A model generated the notes under the pieces. That model was given only the letters and a program-made list of their open reading frames with translations, was not told the origin of the DNA and did not search any database. Positions 52,856 to 64,000 of a DNA stretch of 64,000 nucleotides are shown here, piece after piece. The position numbers were made by a program, and so were the translations under genes. Within the stretch, counting starts at the first letter, position 1, and the number at the start of each line of letters is the position of its first letter. Origin of the DNA: Antedon mediterranea (lineage: Eukaryota; Animalia; Echinodermata); the NCBI RefSeq assembly GCF_964355755.1, contig NC_092673.1, positions 28,331,648 through 28,395,647 on the forward strand, given 5' to 3'.

Positions 52856-53751
52856 GCTGAACCTCTTATCCGTAAATTCACAGAAAACACGAATCTCCCT
52901 AACACATTGTCACGAGATGTAAATGTTTACTTTTTATCGCCCGGCTAAATAAGGCCCATTGTATTTAAATCGAAACATTTCCTCATTACCGCTTCATCCT
53001 TTGTTGACTTATTTTTGGCTTTTTTGAGTTTAGACCATCCCACTTTTATACCGTTTATTGTGCTATCTATAATGTTAATAAACGTATACATTATTAATTT
53101 TTAATGTCACATACTACTTTAGAACTGCACGTTGTAGTTAAATTATGAAATGAATCACATAATGTAAAATTGAAATTTGTTTGTGATTCTATTTATTTTA
53201 ATTGATTGTTTTATTGTTTCCGTTCTATAATGAAATCGCCCGAATTATTAGACTTGTCTAAAGAGGGCGTTACTGTATTAAGCTGGAATACAATTTGGGG
53301 ATTCCCCGTTTCTACTCAACAGATTGCTGATTGGCCTGCAATTTAGGCCATCGGGTGAAAATCCTATCGTTCAATCCCGTTCCAGTCTCATTAGCCTAAA
53401 AAAACTCTACATGATAATTATGTTAATAATATTTTAAAAGTAATAACACAAAGTTTCACCTAAAAAACGTATCATATAACAAGGAAATCACATTTCAACG
53501 TCAGTATTTGAAAATTTTTTTACATTGTGTTGACCCATGACCTTTTCCACACGAAACTCTTTTAGCCAAAAAATGTTTTTTTTTCATTGAGGTTTTATTC
53601 ATTAAATAAAATATTTATTCACAAAAACTACATTGAAGAAGCTCAGTGATATTTAGTATATTAATTATAACAGAAAACTTGATAATAAAACAGTATTATC
53701 GTAATTTTAGTACAACAATTGTTAACGATTTGGTGAATATGGACGCGTGAC

Positions 53752-55851
53752 ATGAACTGTGCACACAACAGCATGGCTTCGATTGATGAAAGCCACGTTT
53801 GTGATCTTCAAATAAAATGTTGTTTTCACCATGAAAACATTACTGATAAAACGGCATTTCCAATTACGGAAGTTCGATTTTATAAGGTTGTTGCTTGTAC
53901 CAAGTTATGGGTAAACTTAGATGGTACCTGTAAAGATATTGCTAATAAACTAGTATCCGAGCTAGATATTCTTAATGCGTCATATGAAGACATAATAACA
54001 AAGCATCCATATTTTGGATTTCATCACCATTGTTATCGTAAATACATCAACACAAGAACGATAGAATTGGTAAGTTTAACACATTCACTAGCCTATGTAT
54101 CATTTGTAAGAAGGCACAGAAGCAGATTAGAAAAAATTACAAAACCTGCAACCAGAAATTGAGAAAGGCTCTCACAGATGATGCAGGTAAGAGCCTTTTA
54201 AAACAATTAATACAATTTTTTGTACGTGGTATAGATTATGTACATATATAACTTATTAACCATTTTTTTATGCTGTATATTTAAAGGATTCCTAAGAGCA
54301 GCTGCTGAAATGAAAAATGACCAAGAAATGTTGAAGGACATACACGGAAAGAGCTGTGCTTGCATTGAAGTGAGGTACCATGACTCATGCTACAGGGAAT
54401 ATATAAAAATTGTGCACCGAAAGAAACATATTCATGCAAAGTATGTTTAATTTTATTTATGTTAAGTTATTGTATGTAAGCCTTATTATTATACATATTA
54501 TTATTACTGTATATATTAATTTGATATATATCATATACCAACCAAGAGATTTGTCATTATTTGTTCAGGTCTTCAACAAAGTCATTTTTTGATGAACATA
54601 AAAAAGGCTACAATGTGTTTTGTGAAACAATTATTAAAGAAAGAATGAAAACCGGTCAAGAAATCATCAGATTAAGTAAACTTCAGAAGTACCTTGACAA
54701 GTATATTCAAGAAGAGGAACATATTAATTTGGGATATGTAAGGTACTGTATGCAGTTTGATTAATTTTCTTACCTTACAATGGAACATATGCGTAATAAT
54801 GATATTGTTAATTTAATTTACCTTCACAATAAGTTATAGCTTCTAATGCAATATTTTGTTTTATAACAGGTCAGATTTACTAAAAGCAAAACTCGAAAAA
54901 GATTTTCCAGAGCTTGTATTCCATTTACCAAGTAGAAGGTTAGTAATTACAAATTGTAGATATATAGATGGTAACCCATAAAAAATTGGAATGCTTTTTT
55001 TTTTAACAATTTGAATGTATGTATACTATATTATAATAAAGTAATTATATTTTTTTTGGCATTTTTTAGGAATGAGGCAACCATGGTTTATTTTGCTGAC
55101 ATATCCACAGGCTCTTTTGCTGAGCAATTTTTGGAATCAGAAGAGAGTACTGACCTGTCATCAGATGCATCTGTTAATCCTGATATATCTACCACTACAA
55201 ATAAAGAGGAAAGATATCATTTGCAAGATGAATCACGAACAATTCACTTAGCAGGTAAACCATATTGTATAATTGTTTTAGACAACATATGAATTCATTA
55301 AAATAATAGCCTATTTAATGGTAACTTTATTTGTCTTTACAGGCCTGATTTTAAAGAATGCAATCAAGACATCAGAGTCAATGGACTATAAGTGGCCTCC
55401 ACGAGCAAGTGATATTAACAATGTAGTTATGAGTGACATCATTCCATTCCACCTTTTTAATATCTTGGCAATATGTACCAACACAGTACAGGAACACATT
55501 GATCCATCGATGGCAAGTGTTCCAGAAGAAATCCGAAATAAACTTGAGGCAATCTGTCAAGACATTGTGTACTTAGCTTCAAGAGGCAGGCGACAAACAC
55601 CAAAATCCTTAGCACTTGGTCTTACTATTAGGCATATGACTGGTTCCACGCACCTCTTAGATATATTAAGTAAATTTGGACATTGTAGCTCTCCAGACAC
55701 TATTGTTTCATACGAAACAAGTCTTGCGATGTTTCGATTGTCCACTGCTAATGCTGTTCCGGATGGTTTCAGGCGTGGGGAACTTGTTACTATGGTTTGG
55801 GACAACATTGATTTTAATGAAGAAACCACAAGTGGCCAAGGCACAACATGA
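53752..55851 (+). pseudogene. Truncated intron-containing transposase (Academ-like)
   Basis: About 7 in-frame GT-AG exons. Motifs FHHHCYRKY, EVRYHDSCYREY, TPKSLALGLTIRHMTGSTHLLDILSKFGHCSS and WDNIDFNEETTSGQGTT; the frame stops at the insertion junction. Confidence 0.75.
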
Positions 55852-56075
55852 TGAAATGATTTTATTCTATTTTTATATTAAGTTGCCATGAGAAAAACCA
55901 ATTTCAAATCTTTCGTTGATGAACTTATTGACAATAAAGTTATCTTGTATCTTGTAAATCTAAACATTAAAATTTAGTTGAAATGTGTTGTGGTCTTAAT
56001 TAAATGGTTTAATTTTCAAAAGTATTGATAGAAATAAAGAAATAATTCAAATGCTTTTAGAATTATATATATAAC

Positions 56076-57454
56076 GTGTATTTGATGGCAGACATACAAA
56101 AGGCTTTTGATACAGTCAACCATCAGATATTATTGCAAAAACTGGTTCATATGGGCATTGATAAAGATTCTTTATTATGGTTTGAATCATATTTGAAAGA
56201 TCGCAAACAAATTACATCAGTAAATGGCGTTCAGTCTCAACCATGTACTATATCTAGCGGAGTTCCGCAAGGTAGCATTTTAGGACCTCTTTTATTCATA
56301 TGCTACATGAATGACATCCCAATTAGTGTAAATTGCAATATTATGTTATATGCTGATGATACAATATTGTTGTCTTCTGGTAATGATATTAGACAAATAG
56401 CTAATGATTTAAGTTCAAACCTGGAATCATGTAACAACTGGCTTATAAACAACAAACTATCATTACATCCTGATAAAACTGAATCAATATTGTTTGGTAC
56501 TAAAAGAAAACTTAAGAATGTTCATGATTTTGCTGTTATGTTTAAAAATAAGTTGATATGTAAGAAGAATATGATCTCATATCTTGGTTGTTTGCTTGAT
56601 GAAGACCTGTCTGGAGAATCTATGGTTCAAAAAGTTCTTAGTAAGACTAATTCAAGACTTAAATTTTTGTATAGACATTCTGCATGTCTAAATTTCTTTT
56701 CTCGTAAAATTCTATGTTCGGCACTGATCACTTGTCACTTTGACTATGCATGTTGCTCCTGGTTTTCCGGTGTTTCTAAAAAACTTAAACAAAGACTCCA
56801 AACCAGTCAAAATAAAGTTGCTAGGTTTATATTAAATAAAAATAATCGGGCACATATTGGTAAAGACGAACTGAACCAAATCGGTCAATTATGTCTAGAG
56901 GATAGAATTTGCCAACTCAAACTTAATCATGTTCATAAGATTTTTTATGGAAAATCAGTACCTTATTTGACTGAAAAGTTTCAAAGAGTTTCATCTAACC
57001 ACCATTATATGACTAGAAGTAGTGTCAATGGTTTTTCAGTTCCTAAATCTGATAGTCAGATATCTAAAACGTTTTATTATACAGGCATAAAGGCATGGAA
57101 TAACCTACCTCATTCCATTCAACAAATAGAAAACAAATTTAATTTTAAGAAAAATGTTAAATCACATTTCTGTTCTACCAAATAATTTTATAAGTCAATC
57201 ATAATCTTTAATTTAACTTGTTTTTTATATTATTGTTTTTGTAATATTTACGTGTTTAATGCAATACTTTGTAATGTTTATATTTTTTATTTTAGATTGT
57301 AAAGGATCCCAATGGAAATAAGCTGATCAGCTTTTTGGGCTATCCTGGAAAGTCTTTTATAAATGTATTATTTGTAATGTCCGTAATTTGTGTTATCACT
57401 TTGTATGTATTTTTTATGATGATTTTCCAAATAAATTCAAATCAAATCAAATCA
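56076..57454 (+). mobile_element. 5'-truncated non-LTR retrotransposon (CR1/L2 group, Crack-like), RT C-terminal half plus 3' UTR
   Basis: The 369-aa ORF has DIQKAFDTVNH, GVPQGSILGPLLF, YADDT and YLG motifs; 3' UTR stem-loop GGATCCCAATGGAAATAAG..GGGCTATCC; tail AATAAA followed by TCAAA repeats. Confidence 0.92.
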
Positions 57455-58518
57455 CACTCGTTTATAATTGTAAATTAAATAAACTACAGTAATTTAACTT
57501 ATGACGCGACTTGACTTAGCCTGACGCGTTTTACCTTGACAGTGACGCGATTAGATTTTAATTGACGCGATCTAACGAGTCGGGACGTAACAACGTACAA
57601 TTACCACGGTACTCGTCCACGCTTTTTGCCTGTTACTTCAGCGGGATGTTTTTAATCTTTCGGGCTAGCGATGGTCTTTTATCAAGATAATTGTGCTTAT
57701 GTGATACGGTATTTTGGTGAAAAAGTTCAAATTATTACTTAAAACATGTTAATAGATTGATCTATGACAATTTTTTGTATACTAAAGAGGTTGGAGCGAA
57801 AAGTGTTTTCTAGTGGCTTTTTTTTCTTCACCCGATGGCCTAATTAATTGCATGCGCTATTATCGGTGTGCATAGGTATTATACGTATTGTATTAAATCA
57901 AATTAAGTACTGTAAATCCTTTTCAACAATAATAATAGTTATTGTAATTTTTATAATTGTTAAACTTCAATTGTCGATAAAAAAAAAATGAACGCCCTAT
58001 GACGTAATCGCACTGTAAGAGTAAGTAATTTGGCCAATTACCACGCGATAGAGCATCCTATGTCGCTTTTGATTGGTCAACTTTGTGCGCAGGGCTAAGG
58101 CGTTGCGGCCTCTAGGCAACGCCAAATTGAACGCAAGTGATTTTTGACCAATCAAAAGCTCATGTTGAAAAGAACTAAATTACATTTAGCTAGGCCTAGT
58201 AACATCAACACTTTTTCGAACGGCCCGCAGCCTGTTTCAGGCGGCTAAAGTCAATTGATAGTTCAATTGTTGCGTTATTAATGATGTTAATTTTGAAACG
58301 ACCGCGCCAGTTTCAGCGTCAAATCAAACGCATCGATGATAAAACGTATATGATAATTGCTTGTAATAAATCGCCTTGAGCATTATAATAACAATTTCCG
58401 CGAGTAGATCTACACGGTGTGTATGCATGCGTCGTGCGGAGGATATTATCATTAACGTTTCGGACATAAATGTTGGTTTGAGATCAAATTATAACTAAAA
58501 TTCAACATTATTTGAAAA

Positions 58519-61500
58519 ATGGGGTTCGAAGTGTGTGGACCAAACGAAGCCATGGTAATTTCAGGTAATGTGTTTTTGTTTTTTGGTATATAAAATACAA
58601 TGCTATGAAATTGCCAGTGTGGCCATGTATTGGGATTTAGTCGTTGCTGCAGCTGAACAAGAATACGTGAAATAGTTTAATTCTGGTTTTTACCGTATTC
58701 AAGGCCTGTGTCACATACTGAGGTGTGACCGACAACACATTGAGGGGTGTGTGTGTGGGAGGGTTGTTTTACTTTTGTGCTTGAAATGTGCACCTCCCTG
58801 TTCCTTTCCGTCGAATTGAAAACGGAGGCCACAATTGTAATTCATAGAATAATAATAATGTGCTAATCACGGATCAAAAACGGTTCCGAAAAAGAGAGCC
58901 GGTGGTGAAAGGCCTACGTCTGTACTTTTGCATCATTTTATTTTTAATATAACAATATTTATCTCCCTTCTGAACTTGAACATGGACGTCGAGTATTACT
59001 TGAACACTCATTTACGTCACGCGGGTCATCATATATTAAACTTTCGAGCCATAACACATTAATGACAGCCAATCAAACGTCGGCTTCATATATTATTATG
59101 GCATGCAGAAAAATAATGTATCTAGCTGCCCATTGACTCACACGGAATTCAGTATTTTATGAAAATTAAATGTTGAAATATATTTGTATTGCTTCCGATT
59201 AGTGATTAATTTAATAATTATAATCAACCAATTAGATCATTTATTTTGATTATATTTTAGCTTATTTTTAATTAAACTGACGCACCACAGTTATTCAAAA
59301 TAGAAATTCAGTTCTGCTTGGCATAATTTAGACGAAAAACTACAATTAAGAAAACTTCAAATTGCAAAACGCTATATAAGCCAGCCATTTGTTAAAAATA
59401 GTCTGCTAAATCTCAGAGGAATTTTGAAAAATCTCCATCATGTATGGATTTATAAAAATTAGTTGTAGGCTATTTCAAATATGGCGTCTCGGTTCAGTCA
59501 TAGGAAATTGACTTTTAGTATATGAACTTACCTGCTCAATCAAGCGTAGATATTTGGATTCTGTCCAAACTTTAGTACGTACTTATTCGTTACGATGTTG
59601 AGTTCTAATGCGCACAGAAAAAGCACAATATTTTTGTTACAGTAGTACAAAATAAAAGTTGCATCAAATAGTAGGCCAGCAAATAAAGTTGGCCCGGGTG
59701 GTTCATTTCTTTACCTCAGTGATTTTTAAAATTGTTAATATCATAGGAAGACAGTCCATCGCCTTTCTGTTTTAAATTTCTAAATTAATAAATGGATTTA
59801 TGTAATTTCAGAAATAAATTTCTAAATATTGATGGGTCTATTATATTATCTGTTTAATTTCTTGGATCCGCCTGGAATATACTATCAATCTATTTTATCA
59901 ACCCTATACTAAAGTAGATTATTACTTTCTCCCACAATGCACCCTGTTTTACACATTTAAATGTCGCAAATGTGGGTTAATTAAAGCGTTCCTAAAGTGT
60001 GTAATTATTATTAATAATATTTAATTGTATATTTAATCTTCATAGTATGGCAACATTTTAGGAAATTAAAACAAACACTAGTTGATATTTATAAATGTGA
60101 CGCCTTACATCATTAATACATCAGAGACTGGGGATGGAACCATTTTGATTGAGGGGTGTGTGTGTTGTGTTTGTGTGAAATAAGCTTAATAAAATGGTTT
60201 TCTTTGAGGCTTGTGGGCCTAATGAGGCAATAGTTGTATCAGGTATATGTTTAATATAAGTGTATACATATTAGATTTGTTTTAAACATAAATTTCGGTA
60301 TCTTATCTAAGTAAATTTGGTAAATCTATACAAACTCCTAGGCCTAGCTAGCTAGACTAGGCCACACGCACCATGTACCACCCAGCCAAAAAAAGCAAGT
60401 ACGGCGACATAGCCATCCCGTTGCCTTATGCATACTCTAGCTAAAGGGCCTGAAAACATACCCCACCCCATTCAGGTACAATTTCTGTAGATTATATCTG
60501 TACCTTGTAGGCCTAAATAAAGTAATATCATTTATTAATTAAATAAAAAAATGGTCTGTCAGTGAGTGAACCTTATTAAAATAAAATTTCATCAGGTATG
60601 CCTAGTAGTAGGCTAGGCCTAGCCTACTAGGCCTAGTAGCTAGCCTCTAGCCTAGCCATTATTAAAATTATTAACTTGAAACAAAAAATGATGCAATTTA
60701 GATCTATAGGCCTAGCTAGCTAGGCTAGGCTTAATAATATAATGATGGAAATTTTTTTTCAAATAACTGTAAATAAAAATTGGTACTGCAGTGTTAATTA
60801 CATACTGTAAAGACAATTAAAGACACCTTCCCTACGTTTTTTAGATCTATTTTAAGATCACAAACTATATTTAATCTAAAAATACTACTATTATATGGTC
60901 CTATTGCGAAAACTTTTTTCGACTTTAAATGGTTAAAAATGTGAAAAATAAGTCGATTCTAGCCTAATAATTATAGCGGCCCGCTATAAATCCCAAAATG
61001 CATTGCGCGCGGATTGATATTTCTGTTTTTCTTCTGTAATTCACCCACTTTTCGATCGATCGTGCGGCCAAAACAAATGGAAGACTCCTAACTTTTCAGT
61101 GAAAGTACCGGGTTTTCCCCAATTTGTATCAACGGAGTCTGGCAAAAATAGAAAGAAAATTAAAGCCCCCTTCCCTACGTTTTTTAGATCTAATTTAAGA
61201 TCACAAACTATATTTAATGTAAAAATAATACTATATGGTCCTATTGCGATAACTTTTTTCGTCTTTAAACGGTTAAAAATGTGAAAAATAAGTCGATTCT
61301 AATAATTATAGCGGCCCGCTATAAATCCCAAAATGCATTGCGCGTGGATTGATATTTTTGTTTTTCACCTGTAATTCGCCCACTTTTCGATCGATCGTGA
61401 GGCCAAAACAAATGGAAGACTCCTAACTTTTCAGCAAAAATACCGGGTTTTCCCCAATTTGTATCAACGGAGTCTGGCAAAAATAGAAAGACAATTAATG

Positions 61501-63089
61501 CAGCAACTATACAACGTCAGGCTAGGTATATAGCTAGCGTACGATGTTCGTACGTTACCGATGTTTACCAGCTAGGCCTACAAAACTAAGCCTAGCTAGG
61601 CTAGGCCTAAGACCGTCCACGAGAGGTCGATCGCCGCGAGCTACATAGGTAGTGCATTGTTTCTCACTTTTTATCATAATTTACCATAAAACGTACATTT
61701 AAGACAAGGAATGACATGGTTTAATGTTTTTAAAGTGATATATATGTATTATTTTCCAAAAAACGTCCAAAATTGCAGGGAAGGGGTCTTTAATGTAGCA
61801 ACTATACAACGTCGGGCTAGGTATATAGCTAGCGTACGATGTTCGTACGTTACCGATGTTTACCAGTTAGGGCTACAAAACTAAGCCTAGCTAGGCTAGG
61901 CCTAAAGACCGTCCACGAGAGGTCAGTCACCGCGAGCTACCTAGGTAGTGCATTGTTTCTCACTTTTTATCATAATTTACCATAAAACGTACATTTAAGA
62001 CCAGGAATGACCTGGTTTAATGTTTTTAAAGTAATATATATGTATTATTTTTACAAAACGTCACAAATTGTAGGGAAGGTGTCTTTAAACGTAACTTGAT
62101 GGTGGCAGCCTGTTCCCAAGTACAACTATGTGTAGAAAGTTGCGACCTCTGAACCTGTGATTCACGAAGTTTAGTATAACAAAAAAAAAAAACAAAGTTT
62201 AGTATAAATAATTTGGTAACATTTAAATTTAGGATGTTGCCATACAACACCAGAGATGATTGTTGGAGGACGTGCATTTGTGTGGCCAGTCATCCAACAG
62301 ATGCAGAGACTGTCTCTTAACACAATGACGCTGTCCATCAGTACAGATAATGTCTACACCAGACTGGGAGTACCTATCTCGGTCACTGGAGTTGCTCAGG
62401 TAAATTGATTGTAATTTAAATAAGTAAAGATCATGTAAACTTCAACTTTTAACACATTGACATTTTTGCAATATTTTAATTAATGTATTTGTATAATTTT
62501 ATCTATTTGTCAACTTCATCACAGTAATCCATGATGCAAATAATGTCTATTTATTTATTCTTTCTTTCTACTGAATGACACTTTCTCCAAAGTGGTTCTA
62601 AAAATAATTCAAAGAGAAAAGTAATTTACATAGTAGTAGTACACACACATTTACAAAACTATCTACAAAACATACAGTATATATAAAAACTGGAAGGAAT
62701 TCAAGGTAAAAGATACTTTTAAGTATTAAAATACTTAATAAGTAATATTTTGAATTGAATTAAAATTTAATTTTTAGAATTTGTAAGAAATTTCTATGTT
62801 TTATTTTAAAAAAATCAATTTTGAAGAATGCAAACAGAGGTCACATAAAGAGAGGCCTGTCAATAAAATTCCCTTCGATGTATGAAATAATGATAGATGC
62901 TAGTTTGTTAGAGTACATTCAAATGTCAAATTTTATTTATTTAAGGTCAAAGTTCAAGGACAAAATCAAGAAATGTTGAAAGCAGCCTGCCAACAATTTC
63001 TCGGAAAATCTGAAAATGAAATCGAGCAAGTTGCTATGGAGACATTAGAAGGACATCAGAGAGCTATCATGGGAACAATGACAGTTGAG
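58519..63089 (+). CDS. FLOT1: Flotillin-1, 5' part (continues beyond the window), using first coding exon A
   Basis: Exon A 58519-58564 ([16 protein letters not shown]), then 62233-62399 ([49 protein letters not shown]) and 62946-63089 ([38 protein letters not shown]). Confidence 0.93.
60194..60242 (+). CDS. FLOT1: Flotillin-1 alternative first coding exon B
   Basis: ATG..TCAG|GTATAT encodes [16 protein letters not shown](G); same phase-1 donor as exon A and in frame with exon 62233-62399. Confidence 0.85.
60821..62084. mobile_element. TTAA-TSD (Kolobok-like) element with a second copy of itself nested at 61164-61789
   Basis: Outer TIR AGACACCTTCCCTAC / GTAGGGAAGGTGTCT; inner TIR AGCCCCCTTCCCTAC / GCAGGGAAGGGGTCT; TTAA flanks on both; left-left-right-right arrangement of halves. 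Confidence 0.88.
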
Positions 63090-63224
63090 GTACCTCAAGT
63101 TTAATCTCTAGTATTCAAATCAGCAATTATTGATATGATTTGTAATTTTCATCAAATTTATTTTAACATATTTTATTTATTATTTTTTACAAATTGTTCA
63201 TTTATACTGGGTAACATTTTCAGT

Positions 63225-63477
63225 CAAAGAGTGGTCTCCCAGAGGGCCCATTAATGATCTGTGGCTGACTAATGAACTAGTAGACCGAGGTAACTCCTAC
63301 TCGTCTCGAAAGTGCACATGAGCCAGATGTGTACACTGGACTTATGGTTTATAGGTCCTATTTGAGAAGACTCTATCTACCACCAGAACCATGGAGTGAG
63401 TGAGGCTCGAACCCTTGTCTATGTTATGGCTACAGAATTAGGTTTCCACTGTCTTAACCGCTTGGCCGCTCACTCGC
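63225..63477 (-). mobile_element. tRNA-derived SINE family 2
   Basis: Head GCGAGTGAGCGGCCAAGCGGTTAAGAC (A box) and GGGTTCGAGCC (B box), followed by a non-tRNA body. Confidence 0.65.
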
Positions 63478-64000
63478 TTTTAATTTTCTTTAGCCTCCAC
63501 AACCCCGGCTTACATCCATTTCTTAAATCGTGCTTTTTGTAGCTGCAGTACATAAATGTTGAATTCATATTTGTTTGGTTAAATTATCACATTTGAACAA
63601 AACTCCAATCCTTATGATGTTCTTATTGTGTTAAACAATTATGAAAACCAAAACTGAAAACACAACTAGCTAAGCATTTGTCTACTAATTAAAATTGTGT
63701 CTTTTCGCATCAGTGAGCTTGTCTACATTGATATTTGATTCAGTAATGTTTTATTCAAAGAGTTGAAGCCATGTAGCTTATGTTAATGTAATCAGAAGCT
63801 TGCATCACATTTACTCAAAGTCACACTTAACATCGTTAAGCTCTATCTACACTATCAAACTTTTATGAAAACAAAATGTGATGTGCCCATATATGAACAT
63901 GATGATATCATATCACTACCATATTTGGGCATATCACCACCCTATTTAGGAACATCACACTTTTTTGTCAAACTAGTTTGATTGTGTAGACAGTACAGTA

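Larger units (their letters stand above)
53344..57842 (+). mobile_element. Academ-like DNA transposon, internally deleted and carrying a LINE insertion
   Basis: Perfect 16-bp TIR TAGGCCATCGGGTGAA (53344-53359 and 57827-57842) with looser subterminal similarity; 3-bp TSD ATT (53341-53343 and 57843-57845); encloses a spliced transposase fragment. TAG termini with a 3-bp TSD fit Academ. Confidence 0.8.

Noticed and set aside
53752-57185. A single novel element encoding both a transposase and a reverse transcriptase
   Set aside because: The RT is 5'-truncated, has its own LINE 3' UTR and tail, and interrupts the transposase, so it is a nested insertion rather than a composite system.

Overview
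AT-rich, intron-rich animal genomic DNA, probably from a marine invertebrate such as an echinoderm (inferred, not shown); most entries in the ORF track are single exons or noise. By splicing exons by eye I find nine host genes: the 3' end of a VAMP4-like gene (+), TMCO1 (-) head-to-head with uridine-cytidine kinase (+), ACTR5 (+), a reticulocalbin/calumenin-family gene (-) head-to-head with a SMYD3-like gene (+, with one U12-type intron), PHPT1 (+), DNase II (-) and the 5' part of flotillin-1 (+), which has two duplicated first coding exons. A ~10 kb block (33.9-43.6 kb) holds two inverted arrays of a 97-bp repeat around a 193-bp satellite with a 764-bp higher-order period; a candidate spliced minus-strand non-coding transcript points into it. 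Mobile DNA includes an Academ-like transposon with 16-bp TIRs, an ATT TSD and an intron-containing transposase interrupted by a LINE, a self-nested TTAA-TSD element, about 19 copies of a Harbinger-type MITE often lying just after splice donors, tRNA-derived SINEs, and two tiny palindromes with 7-bp TSDs that fit P-element-type excision footprints.
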